Part shown: positions 23,003 through 34,961 of the stretch, piece after piece | How positions within the stretch are numbered: position 1 is the stretch's first letter | How the letters are laid out: every line of letters starts with the position of its first letter | From: Hyphochytrium catenoides | Lineage: Eukaryota > Protista > Hyphochytriomycota | DNA: 46,788 nucleotides | NCBI GenBank assembly: GCA_900088475.1 | Contig: FLMG01000436.1 | Coordinates: 1-46,788, forward strand | Direction: 5' to 3' | Made by a program: the position numbers and the translations under genes | Notes under the pieces: generated by a model | Database searches by the model: none | The model's input: only the letters and a program-made list of their open reading frames with translations | What the model was told of the DNA's origin: nothing

Positions 23003-24559
23003 CCTGCAGAAGAAGCTTCATCAGCTCGTAGAGAGGAGCGATGTGATGATCAGATTCTTCTCTGTCAGCAGATTGCAGAATGCGTCCTCCAAACCAGTCA
23101 AAAGAAGACTGCTCAGACCCATGTATCCAAGAAAGGAGGACGAAGCGCATCAGCGAAGATCATCGATGGAAGGCCTAACCCCGCGCTACTATATAGCATC
23201 ACAAAAAAAAATCTGATGAGAATAGTAGCTAGGAACGACTACTATATAGAACTGCTATGGTCTTCCAAGCGAATATAATGTACGGGCAAACATGCACAAC
23301 CACTGCCAAACAGAACAGAAGCCCCGTAATCTGCTGATGATAACTTGAAACAGATATGTCATCATAATCACTCTTTATAAGGGCTACACTACCTTCCCCA
23401 CCAATAATAAATGTGGCCGCCGAAATTGGATGGGGTTACAAGGTTAAAGCATTATGGCCGAGCTCAGGGACGAGAACGAAAGGGTGCGGGATCTCTTCGT
23501 TCTCTCTCCTTCTCCCCTTTCGCTTTCCTTTCTTTCATGTTCTTCTTAAGCTTTCCGCTCTGGCTGACCCGGAACTCGATATTTTGTGAACAGACACAGT
23601 TCTCTTCATGATACTGACGACTGGGAATCGCTGCTGTTTGCTGATAGCGTAATAAAGAAGAAGGAGAGATGATGGATGTACTACTGAGGGATCGGGACAA
23701 GTAGAACAAGGGACGACCTACTACTAGCAAAGCACTAGAAGATTGTCCATCTATCTCGCTTCATCACCTGTTGTCCCTGGTCTCTTCTACTAACGTTAGT
23801 TCAGTCAATTGAAGTGGGACACTAGCCCGATACAAAAGAATGGCTTAAGGTGGAGGACCACTCAGGGCACTGTCAGACTTTCTATTAGCCAAAGATTCAT
23901 TGACACTATCTGGCTGCTGAGCAGTGTCGCCAAAATGTATGGGCAAACCTGGCAAGGATTATATCTTTGTTATTCTCGTTGAAAGTTTAGGCGGCTGGCC
24001 TCTTAGGCTCTATGTCGCTTGGCCTCTATGTGGTGCGCCAGCCTCGCTGGCGTCCAGTGTTTGACTTCTCTTCTCTCTATCCATCGCTCTTCCTCCATCT
24101 CTTGTTGTCGCTCTTCTCCATCTCTTGGTCGTCGTTTGAGCCCTTCACTTGGGCACTTTGCTTTCTAGGCCTCCCCTTACCTACCTTTGGTCCTTTAATT
24201 AAGGACATCAAACTCTTCTGGAAGATGCTGCTGTGTCGTTGCTGTTGAGGTCTTGCTTGGTGCCGCAACGGTTGTTATTGGTCAGAAAGGTGCTCCTCTA
24301 AAGTTTATTAAGCTGCTGCTCTTGTTGTGGTGGGTTGTCTATGATACTACAGTACCTGTAAAATTTATTAGAAAAGCTATGAGTACTACGAGTATGATTC
24401 CACCTTCTCATACCCGCCCATCCGCCCATTGCACGGACAACCCCCCATCTTCGTCAATTTTGGACCTGAGCGTGCGCTTTTTGAACTTTAGCCTTAACCA
24501 GGAGCTTGTCACTTGGTCGCTTGCTGCCTTAGAAGCTGGATGAGCCTCAGCCCGTTGTG

Positions 24560-25215
24560 ACACACGATAGTTTATGGTAGCATACATACTGTATAAGAAT
24601 AAGAGGACGAGCCTTTCCTTTTGGCGGACGGAGCGAATGCACTGGGAAGAGCAAGAGTTAGTACAGGTCTTTGTTCTGGGTGTTACGTTGGAGGATATTC
24701 TTTTTTCTCGCGAATGAAGATGAGTTGACGGTGGTAAGCTATGCTGCCGAAAGGGAAGCGATTCTAATAGCCATAGCAGTAGCAGCAATGTGGCACACCT
24801 TAGTTCATGGTTGCACACAGGATAAGAGTAAGAGGACGACCCTTTCCTTTTGGCGGACGGAGCGAATGCACTGGAACAGCAAGAGTTATTACAGGTCTTT
24901 GTTCTGAATGTTGGCTTGGAGGATATTCGTTTTTCCTGCGAATCAAGATGCGTTGATGGTGGTAAGCTATGCTGCCGAAAGGGAAGCGACTCTAATGACC
25001 ATAGTAGTAGCAGCAATTGTGGCACACGATAGTTCATGGTTGCATACAGGATAAGAGTAAGAGGACGACCCTTTCCTTTTGGCGGACGGAGCGAATCCAC
25101 TGGAACAGCTGTTGTTGGCTTGGAGGATATTCCTTTTTCTTGCGAATCAAGATGAGTTGATGGTGGTAGCTATGCTTCCGAAAGGGAAGCGACGCTAATG
25201 ACCATAGTAGCAGCA
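24560..25215. repeat. Tandem array of three units of about 230 bp (third internally shortened)
   Basis: taagaggacga-cctttccttttggcggacggagcgaat-cactgg near 24600, 24830 and 25060; gctatgct-ccgaaagggaagcga also occurs three times. Confidence 0.92.
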
Positions 25216-26810
25216 TCAAGGAACAAGAAGGGCCATCTTTCATTTATCGCTTCCTCCAGACTCCTCACTCAAAAATGATGACTTTGTTAAATAAGGGTTG
25301 TCTCCACAATAGAGTTGAAGCCATGACCACACTCATGTTGATCAACCTTCAACTGCTGCCTTCTTCACCTATTATTCTCTAACTCACCGGGTTCTTACAT
25401 TTAATGGCAGACGAGACACCACCAGCAGGAGGACGAAAAATTATGACGTCGTTAACCACTACTGGGAGGGCAATCTTGATGTCATACTCATAATCAGGAT
25501 GGTATGAAGAGTAGGGAAGTAGACCTTTCTTTGTAGATCCACTGTTGTTCGTCTACACCAACTCACTAGCAAAAATCAAGTGAATCAGCCAATACTTGGT
25601 GGGTCGCGTTCTCTATAAAAGATTCTCGCTATTTATCAGCGGATGATGTGAAACCCCCTGTCTCCACCTTAGCATGCTGGTGCATCCAATCACCGTTCCC
25701 TCCTCAGTGAATAGAGGTCTAAAAAATAAGTCTTTGTAGCCACAGACAGCAGTGCAAGAAGGGTTGTTGGTCACCTTCTACTTCTTCTGGCATGAAGGGG
25801 CGCTGTGGTCCCATTCGACACTTCTCTTGCCAAGACTACGCCCATCTTCTTGACACTACTACTAATCTGCCCCTTTCTGCAAGACACTGCACCACCATGT
25901 CCATCAAAGGGTGGAAGTTGATGTTTTTGATCGCGGCAAAAATGTTCTTCCCCAACCCAAGCCAAGGAGGAGAGACCTATGCTCATGGACACTTACAGTT
26001 CCGGCTATTCCTTGTATTTGATTGTCTACCCTCTAACGACATAAAAACCCGCTCGCTGATGATGCAAAATACGTCTAACATCTGTTTAACATCTGCTTCT
26101 TCTGGCAGGCTGCTACCATGATTGTACCGTCTCTGTCCAGACGAAAGAGTAAGACAAGGAAGAAGAGGAGCACGCCAAACTACTATCCCTCGTGCACGAG
26201 GCCATCATCAGAGCTCCTGGCTGGGCTTGACTCAGGCTTTTTGGTCTCTCTTCTAAAGCTGTGAGGCTTGCTAGCTGCTGGTATTTAGTGCTTTTGATCC
26301 CTTCATAAGGCACTTGGTTGGTTCAAAGGAGTGTCCTCTCACCGATCGTCGTCCTCTACGGCGGTGGTCTAAGATGCGTCCTGCCTTTCTCTTTGTCCAA
26401 AGGAATGCCAATGAATAGTTTACTATTTCTTTGACAGTAAATCTGCGACGTCCTCATCATCATCAGCACAGTGCAGCTAGACTAGACTCTACTCAGCCCC
26501 AAGTGGATCACAATGATAGTAGCTATTGTATCGTCTATCTGGTAGTCTATCCGCTCTCCTCCTTGACACCTTCGACCTTTACAGTCGTCAATGATCAACG
26601 ACAGCCCGTATTGTTGTTTGTCAGCTACTCCTGCTGTCCCCTACCAATCGTCGTCATCCTTACTCTTCTCCTCCTATTCAGCAATGATTCCGTCAACGAA
26701 GTGCAAGCTCTACAAGCAGTCAGTCACTTTTCAACTTTCTTGGAAGCCCTCAAACGCCAAGAATCACTGGACAAAGCACTTCCGGGTAAACCAACAAAAA
26801 CCGAGATACA

Positions 26811-27395
26811 ATGTACCTTCCTGCAACCTCCCTGTTGCTGACCTTCTGCGCTGTGCTCTCGCTGGAGTTTTCGAGTGCCAAGCAAGTGTTGTTAACCTAC
26901 AAAAAATTGGTTTCTTTCACTGATCTGGACAACGGCCATCCTCCAATCCGGAACCACATTGAAAGCTTCGCTATGATGGTAGATACCTTTTCTGACAACG
27001 GATCCAACGATGCGCCAAGGGAACAAGCTAAAGTATACGACCGCTGGGCCTGCGCCAACGCTTACTGCCAGGGAAGATCCCCCCCTAACTGGACTCTACG
27101 CAATGAGGTCAATGGCAAGGAGGTTTGTGACGACCAAGGCATATGCTATAGATTTGAAGTCTACCTGGCTTTTAACATGGCTCTCTGGGATAAGAATCTT
27201 TGGGATGCTCCGCAGACAACCACCAACATTGCCAGAGTCACGCATGCTGACAGTTGGGGAATGCATTGCCGTATGAACAAGAAACGCGGTTTTCGATCAG
27301 GCGAACCTCAAAATTCCGTCGAAGTGTTTGCCGTCCTGGAATGTCGTCCCAGCTATGGTATGTGGGGCAACACCAACGCTGCCAGCTTCAAGTGA
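26811..27395 (+). CDS. Orphan secreted protein, 194 aa, six Cys in mature region
   Basis: ATG-initiated ORF, hydrophobic signal peptide ending ...LEFSSA, globular composition, no recognisable domain. Confidence 0.7.
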   Translation: MYLPATSLLLTFCAVLSLEFSSAKQVLLTYKKLVSFTDLDNGHPPIRNHIESFAMMVDTFSDNGSNDAPREQAKVYDRWACANAYCQGRSPPNWTLRNEVNGKEVCDDQGICYRFEVYLAFNMALWDKNLWDAPQTTTNIARVTHADSWGMHCRMNKKRGFRSGEPQNSVEVFAVLECRPSYGMWGNTNAASFK

Positions 27396-29559
27396 GGAGG
27401 GGAACCTAAAGACGTAAAACAGTCCTCAGTCTGCTGCACGGGCTCTTCGTTGCCTATGAACTGAATTTAGCTCATAACAAGGGACATAAGTCAGCCTTTG
27501 AGGTCCTCGGCGGCGATAGTAGAAGGTCTTCATCGGTTTGTCAAGAAAAAGATGAATAGTAACGATGGCAATAATATGAGATAAGGTTTCTGTCACCTTC
27601 TGCTGAAAAGGCGCGATCATTGGATGTTGTTTCGTGGGTCTTGGTTGGTCTCTCGTTGCATTGAAGCGTCATCGTCGTTGTTGAGGACGATCCCGAAATA
27701 CACTACGATTGGTAGTGAACGTTCTACACTTTCTCCTCGCGCTTGCTAGCATTTGTATGATAAATAAGAGAAGAAGAAACTCATCTCCATCAGCTATCGT
27801 CACCAACAAGGGTTGATGAAGATTAAAGTCAAGGCCTTCTCATCATCAGCCATCAGCCTTGATCACCTCACATCATCTGTCAATCCGGAGTTGAGTTCCG
27901 GGTTCTGATTGCTCCGTCAAATCATGAAAAACCATAATCTCGGCATTATTGCAGCGTTGCAGGGGAACAGAGATCCGTCTGCAGATTGTAGTCAGTCGCA
28001 GTGAGAGAAGAGAGAGGGAGGTTCACACGCACAATATTTATTAGAGTAAGAGCCTTGCTGATCCGCGTACTCGTTCCTCAGCGTGGAGGAGGGCGACCTT
28101 CCCTCTTATATCCGCATGCTCTGCGACGTAACCTGTCTGGGCCGCTGCATGAAGAACTAAGGTGTTAGTAGGAGACCCCTGTATGTGTAGGGCAGAACGT
28201 ACTCTTCTGTCTATCTCGTCACCGAACCGTATCATCCTTCTCAGTTCCCAAAGCATCTTAGTGTTCCCATCACTGGTTGGTGGGGAAGGCGGCAAATATC
28301 CTATCGGTGGGTATCTTCTCCAAATCAATTCTCCAGAAAATGAGAGAGAAGAAGGAAATGTCTGGAAGAATTTGGCTTAATTCTACCACCACCACGACGG
28401 TGGGGAGGGGAAAGTTGCCCTCTAGGTGGTGGTGGTGTTCTGTTCGCTGGATGGTCCGTGTTGGTGTGCGGAACTTGCTGTCGCAGATAATGCTATCTTC
28501 TGAAGCCACACCACTTGAACTAGCTCTGGAGGACGCTTCCAGTGTTGCGCAACCAGCGACACTAATGGAATTGTCCTCGGCTCAATTCCCATCATCATCG
28601 TTGATCTGGTGGGTCTTCTATTGATGAACACATAATCGGTATTAAGAAGGACACGAGGTCATTGCAACTTTTCAAAGTCAATGAATTGGTCGTCTTTCTT
28701 TCGCCCGCTATCGTAGCAGCAGAAGTACGTGTGAAAAAGGGGCAGAAGAGAAGGGAGCAATGAGCTGGAAGAAGCACACAAGCATCATCGTGAGACTAGA
28801 GTTTTACTTTTATGTGTCCATCGACCGCAACAACGCACGGCGGTGTCGACGTCATAGTTAGTGCTCATAAAAAGATAAAGAAGGAAAGGATTGATGAAGG
28901 AGACATCACCCGCACGGTGCCAGGAGAAAGACAAGCAAAAGCAATCGTCGTGGCGGCGGAATTAAGCAGCCAACAAGTGCTTGTTAGCATCATTCTTGAG
29001 AGAACAAGAAAGGGAAAAAGCATAACTAGTGAAAGGACCAACTAGAAAGCTAGAAGACAGAGTGAAGATGAGGCGACGCTAAATTCCATGTTCATGGCGG
29101 CCGGATAGCATCTGGCATAAAGAAGGATGAACGATGAAGATGAAGAAGGCTGAAGAAGGAACAAGGGCAAAGCCAATTCTAAGTCAGAAAGCCTTCTTCT
29201 TGTTGAACAGGGCTCAAAAGGGACTTCAAGTGTGTCATTGCATCTCCAACTAACGTTCTCTGCTGATCGGATGAAGCACCCGTCAGAGTGATTAAGTCCC
29301 CCGCCTGTCCATAAAGATGCTTAATACGGCTCAAGATATTGATAATGTGCTCATGACATTCCCACAGTGGACGATCTAAGCTGACCTACATGTAGGCCCG
29401 TGGTGATCGTGTACATCTCGTCATCCTAGTTCTCAACTGAACGATGGTATGCCCAATGTTCCCGACTTAGTGTCAAACCTGAGCCTCCTCCTACTCTTCC
29501 GAGGTCTGCTGGGAAGGCAAGCGCTTAAGATATGTTACCTTTCCTCTGACAGTTCTTAC

Positions 29560-29870
29560 TTACCAGAGCTCTCTCATGCCTCCTTGTTCTCTCTATATTT
29601 GCTGCTCCATAAGTACTCTTCCAATGCCCTGGCCCTCACTTTTAGTTGCACCCCCGACCCCCTCTTTTGGAACAGCAAATGCCATGAGAAGGATACTCAT
29701 GCAAGGAGAGAGAGTTGAAATAGAGAGACAGATTGTTTGAGAGAGAGTGGAGAGTGAGGGAGTGGAGATGGAAGAGAGGAGAGAGAGAGTTAGAGAGGAA
29801 AAAAGAGAGAGGTTTCACGTCAACCACAACCGTTGATCCAAACGTCATCCCTGTCATCAGCTCATGTCTC
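29560..29870. repeat. AG-microsatellite-containing dispersed repeat, paralogous to about 31170-31600
   Basis: ggccctcactt-tagttgcacc, atgcaag..gagagag and the post-microsatellite block tcac-tcaacc..ttgatc-aaa-gtcatc..ctgtcatca occur in both copies. Confidence 0.7.
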
Positions 29871-30503
29871 CTCCGTCTCGTTCTCTTCTATTCTCCATCT
29901 TCTGCGGCGATCTCCTAGGCTACTTCCTCCGCACGTGCACTACCTCGGTCTCAGTCTGCAACCAACACGGCAAAGGCGAAACAATTTGCCTGCATCCGTG
30001 CTGCTCACTGATCACAGCTTCACGTCATGGCTTCCTCGCACGGTCATCTACTTCAGTTGGACTTTTTGTCTTGCTTCGAAAATGGCCTACTCAGTGCCAT
30101 TCGCGCTCTTTATATATATATGTACATATATATCATACGCTATGGATGCTATAAATGACACCTTCATCCCTTCAGGGCTCTTGTTTAGGATCGCTAAGCT
30201 GGAATCCCAGCATCATCATATGCCAGTTATCGCTCGATTTTGCACTTCAGTCACGCTTGCAGCTCTCTCTCTTCTTGTTCTCTCTGCTCTGTCTCTCTCT
30301 TTGCCGATCCTTCTCCTTGTAGTGCTGCACAAAGGTTAGAGTTCGGTCGTCGTTGCTATACACCTGGCTTGCCTACTATCTCTCTCGTCTCTCCCTCGTG
30401 TCTCCGAAGGGAAGCACTACAATAATACTTCATCCTGCTTCTCACTCCGAGGACTATGTGACGAAATGGTGCCAACAAAGACTTTAAATGAGCAGCAGAA
30501 AAA

Positions 30504-30693
30504 TTTTCTCTCAACCTCAAAGCTTCACGGACCGGCTCACCCAGCAGGCAGTGAGTGTCACTATTCCCTTGTCAATTGTTCCTACCTCTTCCCATTATGG
30601 CTTTCTCTCAACCTCAAAGCTTCACGGCCTGGCTCGCCCAGCAGGCAGTGAGTGTCGCTATTCCCCTGTCAAGTGTTCCTACCTCTTCCCATT
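30504..30693. repeat. Tandem duplication of a unit of about 95 bp
   Basis: tttctctcaacctcaaagcttcacgg...ccagcaggcagtgagtgtc...ttcctacctcttcccatt occurs twice. Confidence 0.92.
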
Positions 30694-31169
30694 CTTGCTA
30701 CATGTATCGGGTACTGTACCTTATGACCTATGATCAAAGAGTTGGCTGTCAACAATGCTTTGGTGATCCTTTCGGCAATCATTGACGTGTCCTCTGGCCC
30801 TTGTATCTTCTTCTTCTCTACTTGTTGTTGATGAGGAGGATGCCCAACAGAACTGTCTTATTTGGACCTTAAAGATCAAACAAGGGTACTTCCCACCTCA
30901 GAGGATGTCCGCAGTTGGCAGTAGTGCTAAGGCTTGAGGGACAGAGTAAAAAAAACATGCTTGATTGGCGAACCGCACTCGCCAGGAAAGGATAAATAGT
31001 AGGAGGTGAGAGGAGAAGAGGCAGTGTATAGTTCTACCTATGGTCTCTTCTGTCTCTTCATTAATGCGGTATCATCATTCTCAGTATCCAAAGCACCTTA
31101 TTGTTCCAGGCAAACCGAAAGGGAAGGCAAGCGCTGGCAACCTTCCTTTAGCTCCCTCCTCTCTCCTTC

Positions 31170-31459
31170 CTTTCTTTATGCTGTTTTGTCTCACCAAACC
31201 ATCGCGCAGTCTGGCCGGGCTCCAATCCAAGGCGCTGGCCCTCACTTCTAGTTGCACCAACCCCTCAAGGCCCCTCTATTTGATCAAGAAGGACCACCTA
31301 ATAATGTTCTGGGAGACCACCTATGCAAGAAAGGAGAGAGAGGAGTGATAGTGAGACAGAGAAAGAGAGAGAGANNNNNNNNNNNNNNNNNNNNNNNNNN
31401 NNAGAGAGAGAGAGAGAGAGAGGGAGGAGAGAGAGGGAGAGGGAAGAGAGGGAGAAAGG

Positions 31460-31492
<33 letters not shown>

Positions 31493-31600
31493 GGACGGAC
31501 ACCGACAGAGAGAAAGAAGAGAGAGAGAGGTGTCACCTCAACCCACTCCTTTTGATCGAAAGGTCATCTGTCGTCTGTCATCACTTCATATCTCCCCAGT
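31170..31600. repeat. Second copy of the AG-containing repeat, with assembly gap (N at 31375-31402)
   Basis: Match to 29560-29870; cgcagtctggc block also shared with about 19855. Confidence 0.7.
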
Positions 31601-32568
31601 CTCATTCTCAGGTGCATAAACAACGAAGCAGGAGAAATATGAAAGTTTCCATGTAACCTTCGAACTTTGAAGCTGACCTCTGGTTATATATCTGGAGGTT
31701 GAAATAATACAGAAATGTAAAGAGAAGGTGATTGAAAGTATCATTGTGGGCTTGGGAGGTGGATTTGGGGTGACCCAATAGTGCACTCAATGCCCCTGTA
31801 ACGGCCCGAGAGCCAGTTCCTGAAGATCCGCTCTTCAAAAAATTCGTGGCCCACTCTTGGCCCCTCTCAGGCACTCACTTGCAGTGCGGCAGCCAGTCCG
31901 CTTCTTCTCTCTCTCACTATCACCTTATTATGACCTTGTTTGTCGTCTGTCTCTTCCATCATCATCTGCCCTTAGTTCTGCTTCAAGTGTATGTCGCTTT
32001 GGCTTGTGGTTGACCCATCAGGGAAGATAACACTCAGTCGCTAAGAGATAGGGAGCGAGAAGAACGATGGAAATGATGGCCGACTGTGCTTCGGATCCAC
32101 AAGAGGCACGGGAGACCATGGAGGATGAAGAGTTATAAACAGCTGTCCAACCGAAGCGAAGGCGCTTGTCAGAACTATACCAAGGCTATGAATAAGGTCA
32201 CAGCAGGAGGAATCAAGTGTAAGGTATAGATAAAAGATAACATATTACATTAGTTAGAATTACCTCCTTCTTGTAGAGGATAGAGTGAGTTCCATTGGCT
32301 TGTCTGTTGTGCCTCTCTTCGTCCTCGCTGACGCGCTTGAAGGACTGAAACGACCCTCTCCCTGAGCCTTGCTTGCGACTTTATCACGCAGATGTGTACA
32401 TAGCGGGTAGAGGGATTTGGCCCTCAGCTGAAGGTGCCACTCTTTTCTCTCCAAAATCTTCTCACTTTTGAAAAGAGGAGCCCAAGAGTAGGCTTCTTCT
32501 GCTGCCCGTCTCGCTGTTTCGACAAAGCAGCAAGCACCTTTTGTCCCAGAGGTAGATAGAGCTGAATA

Positions 32569-34961
32569 ATGAAGCTGCAATCCCTTCTCCTAGCAGCTTT
32601 TAGCTGCTTCCTTGCGGCTGCGGAAGCCGCGCGAGTGGATCGTTGCACTGTCCCAAACTTTATCGCTCCCACCTACGATGACGGGCCAGCAGCTGGCACC
32701 ACGCCCACGCTTCTGGACACCCTGATCAAGGAAAAAGCAAAGCTAACGTTCTTTGTGGTTGGCCAGATGTTAGATAGTGCTGAGGGTAAAGAAATCCTAA
32801 AGAAGATGGACGCCGATGGCCAGCACATTGCAATGCACTCTCACACCCACCAAGATATCGACAAGATGACCAGGGAACAGATAGCAGAGGAGGTCAAGCA
32901 GAACAGTGACAGAGTCAACCATGTTATCAACAAGCGCCCAAGGTTCTTCCGCTGCCCATTCGGCTCCTGTGGACCCGAGAAAGTGGCTATTTTGGAGTCG
33001 CTGGGCCTGAGAGTGATTCACTGGAGCGATGACGCGGGTTAGTAGCAGAGCGACAGCCACTGCACCCGTTGATCGCTTTTCTTCTGAGGCTCGTCCTTTG
33101 TTCCTTTTTTCAGTATTCTGGCTGTTCTACTTCATATGCCCAGTCTCTGCCTAGTCGTGTACTTTGCCCTCTCTCACTTGTCATACTGACCCTTACTTTG
33201 GCCTCTTCCCCTTACCCGCCAGGTGACACTAATGACTGGAGGCCCGAGAACGCCAACAAGGTAGCGAACGTGGTCAACACGTACAGGAAGGCATTGGACG
33301 ACCCCAACGTCAGCATCTTCCTGCAGCACGACCTATACAGCTGGTCAGTGCAGGCGGCTAAGGAATTCATTCCGCTTATCAGATCTAAGGGAAAAGTCGT
33401 GGCAACCGTACCGGAATGTTTGGGAGACTCGAAGCTGTACTACACAGAGGCCGAGTGGACAGCTATCCTCCAGCAGTTCCAAGGAGGAGTCGCAGCCCCT
33501 ACACCTTCCCTTACTCCAGCTCCTCGGCCTGTAACTGTTGCACCAGTAGCACCTACACCGGCTCCAGTTGCACCTACACCGGCTCCAGTTGCACCTACAC
33601 CGGCTCCAGTTGCACCTACACCGCCTCCAGAGGCTCCCACACTAGCTCCTGTGGCGCCAACATCAGCGCCTGGGGCTCCTAGCCCTGAGTCCCCTCCTGC
33701 CACCACGCAGCCAGCGGCTACGGGGGCACCGCAAGTTCCGACTTTGGCCCCGATCGAGGCTCCTAACACGCCAGCACCTGGACCCAGCGAGAGTCCTTCC
33801 GCTACCCCCTCTCCCAACTCTGAAGCCCCTGCACCTGGCTCTCAGTCTCCCCCTATTTTGACACCGATCACGGACAGTCCTTACTATCCTCCAGCAGCAC
33901 CAAGTGAGCTTCCTACCAGCTCCACACCGACATCCGCTCCAGCCACAGGAGGAGAGACGTCCGCCCCACCTGCCTCACAGCTCCCTACTTTAGCTCCGAT
34001 GGAGCCATCCACTGAGGCGCCTCCGATTGGAGAGCAAACTCCTCCACCTTCCTCTCAGTCTCCTCCAGTGGTGACTCCAATCACTGACTCTCCTAACTAT
34101 CCTCCGACATCACCAAGTGAGCTGCCTGCAACCTCATCGCCCACCAGTTCTCCAACCACAGGCGCGGAGACCCCTGCCCCCAGTGCTTCGGAGATTCCTA
34201 CTCTCGCGCCTATGGAACCACCAGCAGTCACCCCCACTGCAGGAGGAAGCGAGACTCCTGCCCCTGGTTCGCAACAGCCAACCTCAAGTCCCGCAGCAGC
34301 TCCCACCACAGCTCCCAGCGGGGATCTAGTGCAAGACCCCACTCTGCCGCCTGCGACTCCATCTCAAGCTCCGGGTTCAGCTCCTCCTGTTACGGAGACC
34401 CCTGCTGCTCCCACTAACACCCCTCCTGCATCTACTGAGACCCCTGCTGTTCCCGTTCCCTCATCTTCGGCACCCGCACCCCAGGAGCAATGTGGTGCCG
34501 CACAGAACAACGTTGACTACTTTGGCAATGACCTCAAGTCGACCAGAAGGAAGAGATCATCGGACTGCTGCGCTGACTGCCTTCAGACTCAAGGCTGCGA
34601 GGGCTATGTGTGGACCAAGTACAGAGGAGGGACCTGCTGGCTCAAGAGCAGTCTTTCCTCTCGGCGGACATGGAGCTACGGTGCTGTCTCCGCCGCTGTA
34701 ATAGCTTCTCCAAGCGGTGACTCCTCCACCCCACCAGCTGAGGGATGCACAAAAATGGAGAGAGGCATTGACTATTTTGGAGACGACATCGGGAATGCTC
34801 GTGCGCCAAGAGCGAAAGACTGCTACGACCTTTGCAGAAAGAAGAAAGGTTGCACTGCCTTTGCCTGGAATTCCTACCGAGGAGGGACCTGCTGGCTAAA
34901 GAACGGCACCGGGAAGCGGAAGTACGACTCCAGCGTTACCTCTGGCACTGTTTGTCTCTAA
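32569..34961 (+). CDS. Secreted CE4 polysaccharide/chitin deacetylase with Pro/Thr/Ser stalk and two C-terminal PAN/Apple domains; exons 32569-33037 and 33223-34961 (735 aa)
   Basis: Signal peptide; motifs TYDDGP, HSHTH, RCPFG, DTNDW, LQHD; splicing restores IHWSDDAG-DTNDWR, colinear with the paralogue IHWSGDEGDTNDWR; two DYFG.D...C...C....GC....W..Y.GGTCWLK domains. Confidence 0.92.
33038..33222 (+). other. 185-nt spliceosomal intron
   Basis: G|GTTAGT...ACTGAC...pyrimidine tract...CCAG|GT; frame restored. Confidence 0.9.

Noticed and set aside
24560-25215. CRISPR-like array
   Set aside because: Units are about 230 bp and homologous throughout, with no unique spacers and no cas genes; eukaryotic context
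25430-25560. LLPYSSYHP peptide resembling a Penelope RT thumb or DDE transposase motif
   Set aside because: Single short motif with no supporting flanking similarity
33069-33222. Hydrophobic N-terminus of the 630-aa ORF read as a signal peptide of a separate gene
   Set aside because: It is translated intron; the catalytic domain is complete only after splicing
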